Assembly: GCF_032191835.1 (NCBI RefSeq)
Contig: NC_083237.1
Span: 41,850,001 to 41,914,000, forward strand
Direction of reading: 5' to 3'
DNA length: 64,000 nucleotides
Source of the DNA: Heteronotia binoei
Lineage: Eukaryota
Of the stretch, positions 60,048 through 64,000 are shown piece by piece (positions within the stretch are counted from its first letter, which is position 1; each line of letters opens with the position of its first letter). The notes below the pieces were generated by a model that saw only the letters and a program-made list of their open reading frames with translations, was not told where the DNA came from and searched no databases. The translations under genes were made by a program, and so were the position numbers.

Positions 60048-61245
60048 CTGCGTTAGGCTTAGCAGGAGCCATAAGCTGTAGCCAGAGCTGCTGGCTGATC
60101 TGATCCCAAGGAAGATTGGGATTCACAGCGGCCCTCATCCGGAAGGCCTCGTCATACTGAAGCCAGGCCCCTCCCACAAAATCACTGTAGGCGCGATAAA
60201 TAATATCGCAATACTGAAACAGCGGAGCCGCACGCCAAGGCTGAGCCCTGGCAATCACTCCCGCATAAATTAAGAACCCTGGCAACCAATTGGACCAGGA
60301 CCGATCAATTTTTCTCTTTCTAAGCTTCTCCTTATCCTTTTCGTCCATTTCTTCCTTCGGCTTTTTCTCCAACTCCCTAAACAGTAGACTAAAAACGTCC
60401 ACATACTCGCCTTTCAATATCTTTTCTCTAGTCGCCGCCGTAAGGTGATCGCCTAGCGGTAAAGCCGAATCGCCAAAGGGAATGGCGTGGAAAGGAACTG
60501 AAGCATAGGCAAAAGAGGGGTGGGCGGGAAACCCCAACCCTCCCCACTGTTGAGCATGCCACGGAACTGCAGGTGACCAAGCAGTCTGGGAGCCCCAGGG
60601 AAGGGCGCCACCTCCTAAAGGGTTCGAAACACCCCCAGTAACATTAGGTTGGCCCCCTGCCATGGATGACGACGCAAAGGCAGATACCGTTCCTGGTTGC
60701 CCCTGCATTCCGGGCAGGAGGGATGGCCACATCACCTGAGACTGCTGGCCCGACTGGGCACCCCCTACCGGGCATTGAAAACCCAGCCCTTGTGTTGGCA
60801 GAGTTGAACCCGCCCCAGGTCCTACCACAGGGCCCCACGGGCCCCAAGGCCACACCCCATCACGAGGCTGCAATGGGCACCTACCTTCCTGCTGATGTGG
60901 AACCACCGCCACCTCCTCAGGCTCCTGCCCTTGTTCCTCTTCCGGCGTCACCTGGTCTGACGTCTCACTGCTCCCCGCACCCTGTAGGGCAGATAAACGC
61001 GCCAGAACTTCCTTTTGAAATGCAATGGTCGCCGCCCTGCCGCCGCCCGTTAAACCTGAAACGCGCCGTGAAGGGCCCGCAACACCCTTTTCACCCTCCA
61101 ATGCAGCCAAGCTTTCAAGAATAGCCAGGCGCGTGCTGGCGTCATCCCAATCATCGCTAGGGGGCTCGGCAGGGACTGGCCGTTTTGCAGGCTTTTTTGC
61201 CGGCTGTTTCCCCTTCGAGGGGCCCTGGCCCTTCTTTGGCCCCAT
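59755..61245 (-). CDS. gag: Gag-like ORF1 with C-terminal CCCH/CCHC zinc fingers
   Basis: ATG start, Lys-rich N-terminus, PG-rich linker, WLQYDEAFRMRAA-type core, CWEFTSQGACSRKFCRYRHECPVCGGPHAFTAC. Confidence 0.88.
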   Translation of the reverse strand: MGPKKGQGPSKGKQPAKKPAKRPVPAEPPSDDWDDASTRLAILESLAALEGEKGVAGPSRRVSGLTGGGRAATIAFQKEVLARLSALQGAGSSETSDQVTPEEEQGQEPEEVAVVPHQQEGRCPLQPRDGVWPWGPWGPVVGPGAGSTLPTQGLGFQCPVGGAQSGQQSQVMWPSLLPGMQGQPGTVSAFASSSMAGGQPNVTGGVSNPLGGGALPWGSQTAWSPAVPWHAQQWGGLGFPAHPSFAYASVPFHAIPFGDSALPLGDHLTAATREKILKGEYVDVFSLLFRELEKKPKEEMDEKDKEKLRKRKIDRSWSNWLPGFLIYAGVIARAQPWRAAPLFQYCDIIYRAYSDFVGGAWLQYDEAFRMRAAVNPNLPWDQISQQLWLQLMAPAKPNAGERSDSGHIVQKSSHPAGTRVPAGQSVQPRLLCWEFTSQGACSRKFCRYRHECPVCGGPHAFTACSKSKQRGGFKRPGGSNQPPGKGAQPHQDSGSH

Positions 61246-62022
61246 CTCTCAATTAATTGATGCCCTGCCCCCGCCCAACTGTAGCTGGACGTGGAGCTTT
61301 GAAAACCCCCTCGGATACCGCCGTCTGCACCCACCCCCTGTTCAGCACAGCAGACCAATACAAAGCCCCAGCAACAGTCTTATCTATTCAGTCTGGCAGC
61401 AGCTCTCCAGAGGCTTGAGCTGGTGCCTTTCACTCCTTAACCCTCAGAGTTGGAGGTCCCGAGGACTAACCTGGGACCCTCTGCCCCCAAGCAGACACTC
61501 CACCCCTGAAACACCGTCTCTCCCTACCAATTGAGGGATGAGTATGATGCCCCCAGCCCCTTCAATAACCTGCACCAATAGCGCCCGCTACCAGGTGGGA
61601 GGGGGGAGGGGGGGGCAGGCTGGAGTGCCGATCGATAATAGGCCTAAGAAACTAAGAGGGTGGGGGGGCGTTAGGGCTGCTAAAGAAATCCCCTATGCCA
61701 CCGCCAAGCCGCTACTCCCTGAGGAAATCCACGCCGCCGCTCCGTCCGCCGCCCGAAGCTCCGACGGGCCTCAGCTGGCTCTTCCTCGTTGTCCGACTCC
61801 CCGCGCCGATCAGGGGCCGCGCCCACAAAACAGCCGCAGGCACCGGGGAAAAGCGCGACGCGCCGCTCCGATGCCTTTCGCTGCCCGAGTCCCGACCAGC
61901 TCTGGCTGTCAATCAACGCGACGACGCCGCAGGCCCCCGCCGCCGATCAGGAAGCGCTCTTCGCAACCGTCAGCGAGCCGGGCCCTAACGAAGACACTCA
62001 GCCACGCACAATCGTGGCTGCA

Positions 62023-62189
62023 CCGAACAAACCTAAAACTAACTGCGCCACAAGGGGATGGGCCAGCCAATATAAGGCTGCCCGCCCCCATGCAGCAGGA
62101 GTAAACCATTGTCTCCCATCCTGCAGGGGAGGCAATGGACGGCCCCCAGCCTAAGGCGACCGATGGGTCGCTCGGCTGGGAAGTGCCGA
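62023..62189 (-). repeat. A1 repeat (167 bp), 5' terminus of the element
   Basis: Copy of 56040-56206. Confidence 0.93.
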
Positions 62190-62485
62190 ATTATATGTAA
62201 TAGCAATATGTGCCTTCCTGACTATACTATCTATATCCTAAGCATGGTCAATGAGAACTCATTGGAAAGACTTCTTGAGAACTATTCCATGTTTATCAAG
62301 TTATCCAGGTATGGATTTGTGAGAGGTTTTCATGTCAAATATTATTATTTTGACCATACATGCAATCCCTATTCTCACCAGGTACATTCAGAAGGATAAC
62401 CGTAATAATGAAGTAATCAGAAATATTTTCTATGGATATAGTGCCTTATGCTGTGATGACAAGAATTTTCACTGACTGGATAAAT

Positions 62486-62630
62486 GTCCCACTTTATGGA
62501 GACCTCATCTCAATGCAAGAGATGAACAGAGGTGGTTTGCTATTGCCTGCCTCTGCCTCTAGACTTCTACTATGGTCACCTACTCAAATAGTAATCAGGA
62601 CCAACTCTACTTAGCTTCCAAGATCTAATT
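62486..62630 (-). mobile_element. 5S-derived SINE at the position paralogous to 47316-47501
   Basis: Same left flank gactggataaat, gaggtggtttgctattgcc tail, ttagcttccaagatc 5S segment. Confidence 0.75.
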
Positions 62631-62733
62631 AGATTTATTTATTGGATTTATATCCCACCTTTCCAACCGTAGTGGACTTAGGCAGCTCACAGGCCCAATT
62701 GCAATTTAAAACATAAGAACGGGAAAACAAAAA

Positions 62734-63008
62734 AAGGTAAAGGTGCAAACACCAGTCATTTCCAACTCTGGGCTGACACTGCTTTCACAACATTTTCATG
62801 TCAGACTTTTTAACAGGGTGGTCTGTCATTGCCTTCTCCAATCATTTACACTTTACCCTCAGCAAGCTGGGTATTCATTTTACCAATCTTAGAAGGATGG
62901 AAGCATGAGCCAGGTACCTGAACCCAGCTACTGCTGGGATCAAACTCAAGTCTTGAGCAGAGTTTGGACTGCAGTACTACAGCGTTACCACTCTGTGCCA
63001 TGGGGCTC
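62734..63008 (-). mobile_element. Sauria SINE
   Basis: aaggtgcaaacaccagtcatttcc...gcaagctgggtattcattttacc...ccactctgtgccatggggctc. Confidence 0.85.
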
Positions 63009-64000
63009 TTCACGTAGTGGCTGCTATATAACAAATATACCACATGATTAGCATATTAGGGTAACTAGGCACATTTTGTGATCTTCTTCTTCACCATAGT
63101 TGCTTTCCTGGGAGGAGCCAGCATCCTTTGACTCGAAATGCTTGGGAATGGAGTGTGAATATATGAAGATCTGCACAACCCCAGTCTGAATATCTGGCAA
63201 GGCTATGAGTGAAAAGGCTGGTTCCAGCCTGCGTCCCTGTGAATAGCTTAGAAATTTGGGGTTCAGCCTTTGTCTCCACTTATAATCACCAAAGAAGAGC
63301 ACTGGTTTTGCTTCCATATCACTTAAATGATTGCAGTGGAAATTGACATGTTTTTAACTGCTGTTTGGTCATATCCCGGTCTCAGCAGGAGTTTGTTGGG
63401 TCAAAGTGAAGAAGGAAAAAAATGTAGTTGTTTGTATTGTTTATTTTGTATACTTGGAATTGTTGTATTTCAATCCTTTGAATATTACATTTATAATTTT
63501 GTAAAATTGTTGTTTACCAGTAATTCACAGTCATGAGCCTTTGGGTACCTTTGTCTGTGTTTATTCCATGGCTTCTTCTTGCAGTTTTTGGTTTACCCTA
63601 ATAACTGTGGCACTAAAGCAACACTTTCATTAATAAACAAACCTCAAGTGAATAATAGTGCCATCCTTAGCAGAGTTACAGTAAATTTTCTAAGCTCATC
63701 ACATTCAATCAATTTAGAAGGCCAAAACTCTGCTTAGAGTAGCATTGTATTGAAAGTGTGTTTGTGTTCATTGTGGACTGAATGAAAACACCCCTCGCCT
63801 GCCCATCTCCTCCCCTCCCCCTCTTCTGGGGGCTATCCAGGAGTACAGTTAGTGCAAGGTGCACCCCCCCCCCCCATTATCACATTTTCAGGTGCACTCC
63901 TGTCTTGGGAATGGGGGGCCTGGAAATCATCTGGTGGGGGTGTGTTTTTCGGGGACAGGTTAAGTAGAGGTGGCATGGTGCCCAAGGAGGGTCAGGGCAC

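Larger units (their letters stand above)
55457..62189 (-). mobile_element. Intact Ngaro-type (DIRS order) tyrosine-recombinase retrotransposon with split direct repeats A1...B1-A2-spacer-B2
   Basis: Four overlapping or adjacent minus-strand ORFs, identical A and B repeats, no methyltransferase ORF, CpG/GC-rich relative to flanks, host flanks rejoin to match the paralog at 46980-47030. Confidence 0.95.

Noticed and set aside
61025-62154. Plus-strand and short minus ORFs in the Ngaro 5' region and repeats
   Set aside because: GC-rich sequence yields long open frames by chance, and there are no recognisable motifs

Overview
Eukaryotic, AT-rich, repeat-dense window from a squamate reptile, most likely a gecko. 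This is inferred from the SINE/LINE repertoire: Squam3-, Sauria-, Squam2- and 5S-type SINEs plus L1, L2, CR1 and Penelope-like elements. The window is part of an olfactory receptor (OR, family-10-like) cluster. It holds three clean intact OR ORFs (4640-5569 -, 23355-24293 +, 46026-46952 +), one full-length but probably damaged OR (53594-54538 -), one single-nonsense pseudogene (38851-39780 -) and two ORF-less OR remnants. The cluster was built by segmental duplication of divergently oriented gene pairs. Mobile DNA includes a decayed full-length Ty1/Copia element (8045-13081) with a half-tRNAiMet primer site, two solo LTRs of another family, near-full-length L2s, hAT MITEs and Penelope-type minimal hammerhead motifs. 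The standout is a very young, apparently intact Ngaro-type tyrosine-recombinase retrotransposon (55457-62189, minus strand). It has identical split direct repeats and gag, RT/RNaseH, YR and SGNH-hydrolase ORFs. A paralogous empty site shows integration through a 3-bp ATT core. The hydrolase ORF has no usable AUG but lies behind an intron-like acceptor that is in phase with two gag splice donors, predicting a spliced Gag-SGNH fusion protein. No prokaryotic features or CRISPR arrays are present, and most short ORFs in the track are spurious. SINE/LINE boundaries are approximate unless a TSD is given, and family names come from remembered consensus motifs, not database searches.
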